From Vicinamibacteria bacterium (GTDB lineage Bacteria; Acidobacteriota; Vicinamibacteria; Marinacidobacterales; Marinacidobacteraceae), in contig OZ241322.1 of NCBI GenBank assembly GCA_965199715.1, positions 1,376,001 through 1,440,000 on the forward strand: DNA of 64,000 bases, given 5' to 3'. The position numbers and the translations under genes are program-made. Positions 31,877-41,130 of this stretch are shown here, one piece after another. Under the pieces are notes generated by a model. That model saw only the letters and a list, made by a program, of their open reading frames with translations. It ran no database searches and was not told the DNA's origin. Within the stretch, counting starts at the first letter, position 1, and each line of letters opens with the position of its first letter.

Positions 31877-32446
31877 GTGAGCTATTTCGATCTCCGATCC
31901 GAGCTGTGGCGGGACGGATTCGAGGCCGCGACGCCGTTTTCCGACTACGTGGCCGCCGGGAACGAACGGGAGCGGGCCAACTGGGCCCGGACGACGGTCG
32001 CGACGCCCGTGGACGCCGCCGAGCGGCTCGACTCCGCCGGGCGAATCCTGAACGTCCTCTGCCTGAGCGGGCTCTGGTGCGGCGACTGCGCCCGCACGGT
32101 CCCGGTCTGGGACCGGCTCGCCCAAGCCGCCGGCCCCGGCGTGGACTTCCGCGTCCTCGACCGGGACGCCCGCCCCGAGGTCCGGGACGAGCTGCGGATT
32201 CTCGGAGCGATGCGGGTTCCGGTCGCCGTGTTCCTGACCGAGGACTTCCACGAGGTCGGCCGCCTCGGCGACCGCCCGCTGTCGGTGTACCGGGACAAGG
32301 CGGTCACCGAGCTCGGAGCCGCGTGCCCGCTGCCGGGCGCGGCCGGGCCGCTCGCCGCCGAGATCGCGGAGTGGGGCGACGACTTCGAGCGCCTGATCCT
32401 CATGGCGCGCCTCGCGCCCGGGCTCCGCCGTCGCCACGGCGACTGA
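31877..32446 (+). CDS. thioredoxin-family protein
   Basis: WCGDC motif, RVPVAVF cis-Pro motif. Confidence 0.85.
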   Translation: MSYFDLRSELWRDGFEAATPFSDYVAAGNERERANWARTTVATPVDAAERLDSAGRILNVLCLSGLWCGDCARTVPVWDRLAQAAGPGVDFRVLDRDARPEVRDELRILGAMRVPVAVFLTEDFHEVGRLGDRPLSVYRDKAVTELGAACPLPGAAGPLAAEIAEWGDDFERLILMARLAPGLRRRHGD

Positions 32447-34221
32447 TGCGGGACCTCTGGCGCCGGCTCGGGCCCTACCTCGCCCCGTACGGGCGCCGGA
32501 TCGCGGTCGGGCTGGGCGCGCTGCTGCTCTGCCGGATCTTCTATCTGGTCGTCCCGCAGATCCTCGAGCGGGCCATCGACGCGGTGCGGGCGGGCGAGAC
32601 GGCCGGGTTGTGGCGCTTCGCCGCGCTGATCGTCGTCGCCGCGGGCGGCTCGGCGGTCTTCCGGTACTTCATGCGCTGGTACCTGATCGGGGTCTCGCGG
32701 TACGCCGAGTACGACATGCGGCGCGACTTCTACCGGCGCCTCCAGGAGCTGCCCGCTTCGTTCTACGCCCGCTTCCGGGTGGGGGACATCCTCTCCCGCG
32801 GCGCGCAGGACATGAACGCGGTGCGCATGGTGCTCGGCCCCGGGCTCATGTACCCGGTCGAGACCGTCATCACCACGATCGGCTGCTTCGCGTTCATGCT
32901 CGCGATCAGCCCGCGGCTGACGCTCGTGGCGATCGCGGTGATGCCGGTCGTCTCGATCCTGATGAAGGTGCTCGGGCAGGAGATCTTCCGGCGGTCCGAG
33001 GTCGTCCAGGCCAAGATGGCGGACATCTCGGCGGTCGTCCAGGAAAACGCCGCCGCGGCGCGGCTCGTCCGGGCGTTCGTCCAGGAGGACGCCCAGCGCG
33101 CGATCTTCGCGAAGGAGAACGAGTCCTACGCGGCGCGCAGCATGGAGCTGGTGCAGGTCAGCGCGGCGCTGTTCCCCCTGCTGATGGCGCTCATCGGCGG
33201 CGGGCTCGCGGTCACGCTCATGTACGGCGGCCAGCTCGCCGCCGCCGGAACGATCACGGTCGGGGAACTCGTGGCCTTCCTCTTCTACTACGGCTACCTG
33301 ACGTGGCCGATGATCGCGCTCGGCTGGGTGGTGAACATCCACCAGCGCGGCGCAGCCTCGATGAAGCGGCTCGCGGCGATCCACGACGCCGCGCCGCTCG
33401 CCGCGCCGCCGCTCGAGGGGCCGCCCCGGGAGCTCGACGCGGCCCCGGAGATCCGGTTCGAGGGCGTCACCTTCGCGCACCCGTCGCGGGAGAACGGCGC
33501 GGTTCCCCGTCCGGTGCTCAAGGACTTCGACCTGACGATTCCGGCGGGCCAGACGGTCGCGCTGGTCGGCCGCACCGGCTCCGGAAAGACGACCCTCGCC
33601 CGGCTGATCCCCCGCATCCACGACCTTGACGGGGGGACGCTCCGGATCGACGGGAGGGACGTGCGCGAGTTCGCGCTGGAGGAGCTTCGCGGCGCCGTTG
33701 GGTTCGTCCCGCAGGACAGCTTCCTCTTCTCGGCGAGCCTTCGCGACAACCTCGCCTTCGGGGAGGCGGACGCGCCCATGGAGGAGGTCCGGCGGGTCGC
33801 CCGCGAGGCCGGCCTCGAGAGCGACATCGACGACTTCCCCGACGGATTCGAGACGGTCGTGGGCGAGCGCGGCGTCACCCTCTCGGGAGGCCAGCGGCAG
33901 CGGACCGCGATCGCGCGGGCGCTGCTTCTGGACGCTCCCATTCTCATCCTCGACGACGTGCTGAGCGCGGTCGATTCGGACACCGAGTCGCGCATCCTCG
34001 CCGCGGTCCGCCGCGCGGCGCGTCATCGCACCACGGTCATCGTGGCCCACCGCCTGAGCACGGTGCGGGACGCGGACGTGATCTGCCTGCTCGACGCCGA
34101 CGAGGACGGCGTCACCCGGATCGCCGAGCGCGGAACCCACGACGAGCTCCTCGCCCGGTCGGGCCTTTACGCCGCGATGTACCGGCGGCAGCTTCTGGAG
34201 GAGGAGCTCTCGCGGCTGTGA
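32446..34221 (+). CDS. ABC exporter half-transporter (MdlA/YheI-like, degenerate Walker B)
   Basis: TMD plus GRTGSGKT, LSGGQ, ILDDVLSAVD. Confidence 0.92.
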   Translation: MRDLWRRLGPYLAPYGRRIAVGLGALLLCRIFYLVVPQILERAIDAVRAGETAGLWRFAALIVVAAGGSAVFRYFMRWYLIGVSRYAEYDMRRDFYRRLQELPASFYARFRVGDILSRGAQDMNAVRMVLGPGLMYPVETVITTIGCFAFMLAISPRLTLVAIAVMPVVSILMKVLGQEIFRRSEVVQAKMADISAVVQENAAAARLVRAFVQEDAQRAIFAKENESYAARSMELVQVSAALFPLLMALIGGGLAVTLMYGGQLAAAGTITVGELVAFLFYYGYLTWPMIALGWVVNIHQRGAASMKRLAAIHDAAPLAAPPLEGPPRELDAAPEIRFEGVTFAHPSRENGAVPRPVLKDFDLTIPAGQTVALVGRTGSGKTTLARLIPRIHDLDGGTLRIDGRDVREFALEELRGAVGFVPQDSFLFSASLRDNLAFGEADAPMEEVRRVAREAGLESDIDDFPDGFETVVGERGVTLSGGQRQRTAIARALLLDAPILILDDVLSAVDSDTESRILAAVRRAARHRTTVIVAHRLSTVRDADVICLLDADEDGVTRIAERGTHDELLARSGLYAAMYRRQLLEEELSRL

Positions 34222-35966
34222 GAAGCGACCGCAAGCTGCTCGCGCACGTGCTGCCCTACGTGCGGCCCTACTGGCGCTTCATCGCGCTCGGGGTCGCGCT
34301 GGTGCTGGTCCACACCGGCGCGCAGCTCGCGGGCCCCTACCTGACCCGGATTGCGATCGACGACCACGTCGCCTCGGGCGACGCGACGGGGCTCCCCGGA
34401 ATCCTCGCTCTCTACCTCGGGGTCCTGACGATCGGGTTCCTCGCCGCCTACGGCCAGGCGTGGGTCGTGAACCTGTTCGGCCAGCGGGTGATGCGCGACA
34501 TCCGCCGGGACGTCTTCAACCACGTCCAGAAACTCCACACGAGCTGGTTCGACCGCCACCCGGTCGGGCAGGTCATCACCCGCGCCACGAGCGACGTGGA
34601 CGCGCTCAACGAGCTCCTCAGCTCCGGCGTGGTGATGATCATCACGGACATCGTCCTGCTGGTCGGGATCGTGACCGCGCTCGCGATCATGAACTGGCAG
34701 TTGGCGCTCGTGACCTTCGGCGCGGTGCCGGCGCTGTTCGTCACCGGCTGGATCTTCCGGCGGCGGGTGCGTCCCGCCTTTCGCCGGGTGCGGGGCGCGG
34801 TCGCGGCGCTGAACGCCTTCATCCAGGAGACCCTCACCGGGATCGAGGTGCTGCAGCTCTTCCGGCAGGAGCGGCGCCGTTCGCGGGAGTTCCGCAAGCT
34901 CAACCGGGAGCACACGGGCGCCCACCTCGAGACGGTGTTCTGCTTTTCGGTGTTCTACCCGGTGGTCGAGATGATCACTGCGGTCACGGTCGCACTCATC
35001 GTCTGGTACGGCGGGCTGCGCATCGGGGCGGGGACGCTCTCCGTCGGCGGGCTGGTCGCGTTCCTGATGTACTCGGAGATGTTCTTCCGCCCGATCCGGG
35101 ACCTGACCGAGAAGTTCAACATCCTCCAGGGGGCGATGGCGGCGTCCGAGCGCATCGTGGAGCTGCTCGCGACCGAGCCCGAGGTCCGGACCCCGGCGGC
35201 GCCGAAGCTGCCGGCGCACCGCCACGGCTCGATCCGCCTCGACGCGGTCTCCTTCGCCTACAACCCGGACGACTGGGTGCTGAAGGACGTGAGCCTGCGG
35301 GTCGCGCCGGGCGAGACGGTCGCGCTCGTCGGCCACACCGGGTCCGGCAAGACCACGCTGGCGAGCCTGTTGCTGCGGCTCTACGACGTCCAGCGCGGCG
35401 CGGTGGTGGTCGATGGGGTGGACGTGCGCGAGTGGGAGGTCTCGCAGTTGCGGCGGCAGTTCTCCATGGTCCAGCAGGACGTGCACATGTTCTCGGGGTC
35501 GATCCTCGACAACATCCGGCTCGGCGACGCCGATGTGAGCGAGGAGCGCGCCCGCCGTGCGGCCGAGGCGGCCGAGGTCACGAGCTGGGCGCGGTCGCTG
35601 CCCCAGGGCCTCGACACGGTGCTCGGCGAGCGCGGCGGCGGGCTCTCGCAAGGCCAGCGCCAGCTCGTCGGAATCGCCCGCGCCATGGCCCGGAAGTCGC
35701 GCGTGCTGGTTCTTGACGAGGCGACCTCCAGCGTGGACACGGAGACCGAAAGCCACGTGCAGACGGCGCTCTCCCGGGCGCTCAAGAACCGGACCAGTCT
35801 CGTCATCGCGCACCGGCTCTCGACGATCCGCGGCGCCGACCGGATCGTGGTGCTCCACCGGGGCCGGATCCGCGAGAGCGGGACCCACCAGGAGCTTCTC
35901 GCCGCCGACGGGATTTACCGTACGCTGCACGAGCTGCAGTTCGATCAGGAAGCCGTCGTCACGTGA
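34218..35966 (+). CDS. ABC exporter half-transporter (MdlB/YheH-like)
   Basis: TMD plus GHTGSGKT, LSQGQ, VLDEATS. Confidence 0.92.
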   Translation: MRSDRKLLAHVLPYVRPYWRFIALGVALVLVHTGAQLAGPYLTRIAIDDHVASGDATGLPGILALYLGVLTIGFLAAYGQAWVVNLFGQRVMRDIRRDVFNHVQKLHTSWFDRHPVGQVITRATSDVDALNELLSSGVVMIITDIVLLVGIVTALAIMNWQLALVTFGAVPALFVTGWIFRRRVRPAFRRVRGAVAALNAFIQETLTGIEVLQLFRQERRRSREFRKLNREHTGAHLETVFCFSVFYPVVEMITAVTVALIVWYGGLRIGAGTLSVGGLVAFLMYSEMFFRPIRDLTEKFNILQGAMAASERIVELLATEPEVRTPAAPKLPAHRHGSIRLDAVSFAYNPDDWVLKDVSLRVAPGETVALVGHTGSGKTTLASLLLRLYDVQRGAVVVDGVDVREWEVSQLRRQFSMVQQDVHMFSGSILDNIRLGDADVSEERARRAAEAAEVTSWARSLPQGLDTVLGERGGGLSQGQRQLVGIARAMARKSRVLVLDEATSSVDTETESHVQTALSRALKNRTSLVIAHRLSTIRGADRIVVLHRGRIRESGTHQELLAADGIYRTLHELQFDQEAVVT

Positions 35967-36373
35967 GACTCGACCGGGAGGCCGTCCTCCGCATCCTCCC
36001 CCACCGGGAGCCGTTCGTCTTCCTCCACGGCGTGCGCGAACTCGAGCCGGGGGTCCGGGCGGAGGGGTTCGTGACGATTCCGGCGGACCACCCCTACGCG
36101 CTCGGCCAGGACTCCGCGCCGCCCGGACTCGTGATCGAGGCCATGGCGCAGACGGGCTGCGTCGCCGCGGCCGATTCCACCGAGACCCCGATGCGAGGGT
36201 TGTTCCGAGGCATCCAGGATTTCGCGATGGACGCGCCGGCTCCCTTCGGCGAGCGCCTCACGCTCCTCGCCGAAGTGACGAAAAAGCGCGGGCGGCTCGT
36301 CGAGGTCCGGACTCGGGCGCTCGTCGCCGGCCGCGAGATCGCGTCCGCCAACCTGTCGTTCGCGACGCTTTGA
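35963..36373 (+). CDS. FabZ-like hotdog-fold protein
   Basis: ILPHREPFVFL, PGLVIEAMAQ. Confidence 0.75.
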   Translation: MRLDREAVLRILPHREPFVFLHGVRELEPGVRAEGFVTIPADHPYALGQDSAPPGLVIEAMAQTGCVAAADSTETPMRGLFRGIQDFAMDAPAPFGERLTLLAEVTKKRGRLVEVRTRALVAGREIASANLSFATL

Positions 36374-36374
36374 C

Positions 36375-37562
36375 ATGCCGCTGCTGATCCTCGTCCTCAT
36401 GGCCGGCCAGTTCCGGGGGCCGGATCGGGACGGTCAGGTCCACGTGTGGCCGGACGCGCTGCGCAGCGCCGAGAACTGGCCGGCGGAACTCGAGGAGGTC
36501 TGGCGGGTTCCGGTCGGCCTCGGGCACGCCAGCCCGCTCGTGGACGGGGATTCCGTCTTGCTGTTCGCCCGAAGAGGCGAGGACGAGGCGCTCCATCGAC
36601 TGGACCTCGCGGACGGAAGCGTCGAGTGGACGGTCTCGAACCCGGCCCCCCACGCGATGCACCGGGCGGCGCTCGATCACGGGCCGGGCCCCAAGTCCAC
36701 CCCGACGCTCGACGGCGGCCTCGTGTTCACGCTCGGGATCTCGGGGATCCTGAGCGCGCATGACGCGGCGACCGGGGAACTGCGCTGGCGGCGCCGTCGC
36801 TACGAGGAGACCCCGCTGTACGGGACCGGGAGCTCGCCGCTGGCGCGCGACGGCCGCGTGTTCGTCCACGTCGGCGGGACCGAAGACGGAATCCTCGCCG
36901 CGCTGGACGCCGAAACCGGCGAGACGATCTGGGAAGTTCCCGACGCCCCGGCCTACGTTTCGCCCGCGGTCGCGCCGGTCGCCGGGCTTCCCACGCTCAT
37001 GACCATGAGCCTGTCGCGCATCCTGCTGCTGCGCCCCGACAACGGGCGTGTCCGCTGGGAGACGCCGTTCCGAACGCCCTACGACCAGAACGTCGCGAAC
37101 CCGCTCGCGCTGGGCGACGTCGTCGTCTTCGGCGGGCTCGACCACCCGACCTTCGCGGTGCGCTTCTCCGTCGAGGGCGAGTCGCTCGTCGGCGAGACCG
37201 TCTGGGAGGCTGACCGGACCCGCCTCTACATGAGCAGCCCAGTGCTCGCCGGCGGGCGCCTCTTCGCGTTCGGCGAGCAGAACAGCGGCCAGTTCATCGC
37301 CTTCGACCCGGCGACCGGCGCGGACGTCTGGCGCTCGCCGCCGCGCTCGGGCGAGAACGCGGCGTTCCTCGTCCACGGCGAGACCGTCCTCGCGCTCACC
37401 GAGCAGGCCGACCTCATGGTGCTCGACGCCGCGAAACCGGACTTCCGCCCGGTGCGCACCTACTCCGTCGCCCCGAGCCCGACGTGGGCGCAGCCGGTTC
37501 CGGTCGCGGACGGGTTCCTCATCAAGGACGAGACCCACCTCGCCCGGCTGCGCGCCCCCTAG
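36375..37562 (+). CDS. PQQ-like beta-propeller repeat protein
   Basis: QFRGPDRDG, GHASPLV, repeated LD..TG...W motifs. Confidence 0.85.
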   Translation: MPLLILVLMAGQFRGPDRDGQVHVWPDALRSAENWPAELEEVWRVPVGLGHASPLVDGDSVLLFARRGEDEALHRLDLADGSVEWTVSNPAPHAMHRAALDHGPGPKSTPTLDGGLVFTLGISGILSAHDAATGELRWRRRRYEETPLYGTGSSPLARDGRVFVHVGGTEDGILAALDAETGETIWEVPDAPAYVSPAVAPVAGLPTLMTMSLSRILLLRPDNGRVRWETPFRTPYDQNVANPLALGDVVVFGGLDHPTFAVRFSVEGESLVGETVWEADRTRLYMSSPVLAGGRLFAFGEQNSGQFIAFDPATGADVWRSPPRSGENAAFLVHGETVLALTEQADLMVLDAAKPDFRPVRTYSVAPSPTWAQPVPVADGFLIKDETHLARLRAP

Positions 37563-37572
37563 AATCGGACCC

Positions 37573-39897
37573 GTGGCGATCAACACCCAGACCATCGGGC
37601 AGCGGGTCCGCCGTCGGGAGGACCCGGCGCTGATCACCGGCGCCGCCCGGTACACGACCGACATCCCGCTCGACGACGCGGCGCATCTCGCGATCGTGCG
37701 CAGCCCCTATCCGCACGCCCGGATCCTCTCGATCGAAGCGGACGACGCCCGCGCCATGCCCGGCGTGATCGGCGTCTTCACCGGCGCGGACGTCCTCCCC
37801 AAGCTGAAGAAGTCCTTCCCGGTCGGACGGTCCACCGACGCCGGCGGGTTCACCGAGCTGCACCTTCCGAAGCGTTGGCCCATCGCCGGGGACCGCGCCC
37901 GGGCGCAGGGCGACCCGGTCGCGTTCGTGGTCGCCGAAACCGCGGCGCAGGCCGCCGACGCGGCCGTCGAGGTCTTCGTGGACTACGAGGCCCTGCCGGG
38001 CAGCGGCACGTCCCGGGCCGCCCGCGCCGAGGGGGCGGGCCTGCTCTACCCCGACGTGGCCGGAAACCGATGCTTCCAGTGGGACATCAAGGCCGGCGAG
38101 AAAGGCCCGGTCACCTCGTCGCCGCCCGGAGCGGACAGCGTGGACGTGGAAGTCGAGTTCCGCATCCAGCGGCTGATCCCGAGCGCGATGGAGCCGCGCG
38201 CCGCCGCCGCGACGCTCGACGGCGACCGGCTCGTCGTCTGGACCACGACGCAGGCGCCGCATTCCGCCCGCGACAACCTCGCCCGCATCCTCGGTCTCGA
38301 CAAGGCGGACGTGCGGGTCATCGCCCCCGAGGTGGGGGGCGGGTTCGGCGCAAAGGCCAACATCTACCCCGAGGAAGTGCTGGCGGCGTGGCTCGCGCTC
38401 CGCCTGAAGCGCCCGGTGCGGTGGACGGCGACCCGCACCGAGGACTTCCAGACGACGACCCACGGGCGGAACCTCTACGCGACGCTCGGGGTCCGCGCCG
38501 GGCCCGACGGCCGGATCGAGCACTGCGACCTGACCTCGCTCTTCGACTGCGGGGCCTACTACAGCAAGCCGGGTCCGACCACGCCGGGGCTGACCGGCGC
38601 GATGATCCCGGGTCCCTACGCGATCCGCTCGGTGGACGCCCGCGCCGAGGGAGCGTTCACGAACACCGCCCCGAACGAGCCGTACCGGGGATCCGGCCGT
38701 CCCGAAGCCACCTACATGATCGAACGGGCCATGGACGTCCTCGCCGGGCGGCTCGGGATCGATCCGGCGGAGATCCGCCGCCGCAACCTGATCCCCGAGG
38801 ACGCGTTCCCGTTCCGCACCGCGACCGGGCTGCTCTACGACAGCGGCGCCTACGTGACGGCGCTCGACCGGGCGCTCGAGGCGGGCGACTACGCGGGGCT
38901 GCGCGCCGAGCAGGCTCGCCGGCGGAAGTCGGGCGGGAAGCCGCTCGGGATCGGGCTCGCCTGTTACGTCGAGATCTGCGGGTTCGGGCCGTGGGAGGCG
39001 GGCGGCGTGGAAGTCGGGCCGGACGCTTCGGTCACGGTGCGCACCGGCACCTCCCCGCACGGGCAGGGCCACGCGACCGCGTGGGCGCAGATCGCGTCGG
39101 AGGCGCTCGGCGTCCCCGCCGAGTCGGTGCGGGTGCTCCACGGCGACACCGACGAGAGCCCCCGGGGGATCGGCACCTTCGGCAGCCGCAGCGCCCCGGT
39201 CGGCGGCGCCGCGGTGTTCTCGAACGCCGAGACCGTCCGGGAGCAGGCGCGGCTCGCCGCCGCCGAGCTGCTGGAGGCGGCGGCGGCGGACGTCCGCTTC
39301 GAGAACGGGCGCTTCTTCGTCGCCGGCTCGCCGGCCCGGGGCGCCTCGTGGCCGGAGGTCGCCGCCTTCGTCCACGGCGACGACGCTCCCGAGTCCGTGC
39401 GCGGGAAGCTCCGGGCGGACACGGATTTCCGGCCGCCGGGCGAGACCTTCCCGTTCGGAACCCACCTCTGCGCCGCCGAGATCGACCCCGAAACCGGCGC
39501 GATCGGGATCCTCCGCTACGTCTCGCTGGACGACTGCGGGCGGGTCATCAACCCGCTCATCGCCGAGGGCCAGGTCCACGGCGGGCTCGCGCAGGGCATC
39601 GGGCAGGCGCTGTGGGAGGAGGCGATCTACGCCGACGACGGCTCGCTGCTGACCGGCACGCTCATGGAGTACGCGGTGCCCCGCGCCGACATGCTCCCGG
39701 CGTGGGAGCTCCACCGGACGGTGACCCCGACCGACCTGAACCCGCTCGGGGCCAAGGGCATCGGCGAGGCGGCCACGATCGGCTCCACGCCGGCGGTCGC
39801 GAACGCGGTCATGGACGCGCTGCGGCCCTTCGGGGTCGAGCACATCGACACGCCGCTGACCCCCGAGAAGGTCTGGCGGGCGATGCGCGGCCGCTGA
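37573..39897 (+). CDS. xanthine dehydrogenase family molybdopterin-binding large subunit (form II CoxL-like)
   Basis: RREDPALITG, VGGGFGAK, PYRGSGRPE, HGQGHAT, GQVHGG, KGIGEA. Confidence 0.92.
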   Translation: MAINTQTIGQRVRRREDPALITGAARYTTDIPLDDAAHLAIVRSPYPHARILSIEADDARAMPGVIGVFTGADVLPKLKKSFPVGRSTDAGGFTELHLPKRWPIAGDRARAQGDPVAFVVAETAAQAADAAVEVFVDYEALPGSGTSRAARAEGAGLLYPDVAGNRCFQWDIKAGEKGPVTSSPPGADSVDVEVEFRIQRLIPSAMEPRAAAATLDGDRLVVWTTTQAPHSARDNLARILGLDKADVRVIAPEVGGGFGAKANIYPEEVLAAWLALRLKRPVRWTATRTEDFQTTTHGRNLYATLGVRAGPDGRIEHCDLTSLFDCGAYYSKPGPTTPGLTGAMIPGPYAIRSVDARAEGAFTNTAPNEPYRGSGRPEATYMIERAMDVLAGRLGIDPAEIRRRNLIPEDAFPFRTATGLLYDSGAYVTALDRALEAGDYAGLRAEQARRRKSGGKPLGIGLACYVEICGFGPWEAGGVEVGPDASVTVRTGTSPHGQGHATAWAQIASEALGVPAESVRVLHGDTDESPRGIGTFGSRSAPVGGAAVFSNAETVREQARLAAAELLEAAAADVRFENGRFFVAGSPARGASWPEVAAFVHGDDAPESVRGKLRADTDFRPPGETFPFGTHLCAAEIDPETGAIGILRYVSLDDCGRVINPLIAEGQVHGGLAQGIGQALWEEAIYADDGSLLTGTLMEYAVPRADMLPAWELHRTVTPTDLNPLGAKGIGEAATIGSTPAVANAVMDALRPFGVEHIDTPLTPEKVWRAMRGR

Positions 39898-41085
39898 CTA
39901 GGCGGACATCCCCCGCGCCGCGATCGGCCAGACCGCCTCCACGACGCCGCCGCGCACCGCGTGCATGCGGTCGTAGAGGTTCACCACCGGGTCGCAGTGC
40001 GACACGATGAGCTCCAGCTTGTCCCCGACCTTGTAGGTCCGGCTGGGATCCTCGTAGCGGATCGTCCCGAATTCGTCGGAGCCCGACGTGTAGCTCATCC
40101 CGGTCTCGCCCTTCACGAGGGGCCATGGCCGGTTGATCGTGCACGCCTTCGCGCCGGCGTCGGTGGTCGCGCGCCCGTCGTACTGCGCGTTCAGCACCGT
40201 CGCGAGGATCGTGAGCGAGGACTCGAAGTCGTCGTAGATCTCCGGGTTGTCGCGGCCCCCGATCACGAGGTACTGCGCATCCATGAACGCGTAGCTGCCC
40301 ACCTGCACGTCGGTCAGACCGGGAGTCTCGTGGTCGATGTTGTAGGTGCCGGTGCCGCCGCCGCTGAAGATCCCGGAATCGAGACCCGACGCCCGCATCC
40401 GCTCGCAGGTGTCGGCGGCGGCGGCGAGGCGCTCGAGCGTCTGCGCCCGCCGGGCCTCGAAGCCCATGACGTGCTGCGAGCCGCCGTCGTAGCAGAGCAG
40501 GCCCCGCAGCCGCAGCCCCGGCAGCCGGTCCACGAGCTGCGCGAGCCCGAGCGCCGGCGCGCCCGGCGTGATTCCGGTGCGGTGGCCCCCGGGATCCACG
40601 TCCACGACCACCTCGGCGGTGATTCCCGCCGCCTCGGCGGCCTCCGAGAGCATCCGGGCGTTCTCCTCGGAGTCCGTCGCCTGGACGAACCCCGGGCAGC
40701 GCCGGCGCAGGCCCATCGCCCGGCGGATCTTGTAGGGCGTGACGTTGCTCGTGGTGAGCAGCAGCTCGTCGATCCCATGGTCGAACAGCGCCTGCGCCTC
40801 GCTCACCTTCGCGACCGAGATGCCGACCGCGCCGGCGTCGAGCTGCATCCTCGCGATGGCCGGACACTTGTGGGTCTTCGCGTGCGGGCGCGGCGCGATC
40901 CCGTTGGCCGCCGTGACCCGCGCCATCTTCGCGACGTTGCGCTCGAGCGCGTCGAGATCCACGAGGAGCGCCGGCGTGTCCAGATCCCACATCGAGACCC
41001 CGTATTCGGCCGCCGCCAGCGCCGGAAGGGCCGCCGTCGCGCCCGCGGCGCCCAGAAATCCTCGTCGAGAAAGGGACATCGTCAT
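39898..41085 (-). CDS. Tat-exported DSD1/D-threonine aldolase-family PLP enzyme
   Basis: SRRGFLG Tat signal; DTPALLVD, RPHAKTHK, SGGGTGT, SDEFG, HCDPVVN. Confidence 0.88.
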   Translation of the reverse strand: MTMSLSRRGFLGAAGATAALPALAAAEYGVSMWDLDTPALLVDLDALERNVAKMARVTAANGIAPRPHAKTHKCPAIARMQLDAGAVGISVAKVSEAQALFDHGIDELLLTTSNVTPYKIRRAMGLRRRCPGFVQATDSEENARMLSEAAEAAGITAEVVVDVDPGGHRTGITPGAPALGLAQLVDRLPGLRLRGLLCYDGGSQHVMGFEARRAQTLERLAAAADTCERMRASGLDSGIFSGGGTGTYNIDHETPGLTDVQVGSYAFMDAQYLVIGGRDNPEIYDDFESSLTILATVLNAQYDGRATTDAGAKACTINRPWPLVKGETGMSYTSGSDEFGTIRYEDPSRTYKVGDKLELIVSHCDPVVNLYDRMHAVRGGVVEAVWPIAARGMSA

Positions 41086-41130
41086 GCCGCCGAAGATAGC
41101 CGACCGCCGTCTTGGTAGCATCGACTTCCC

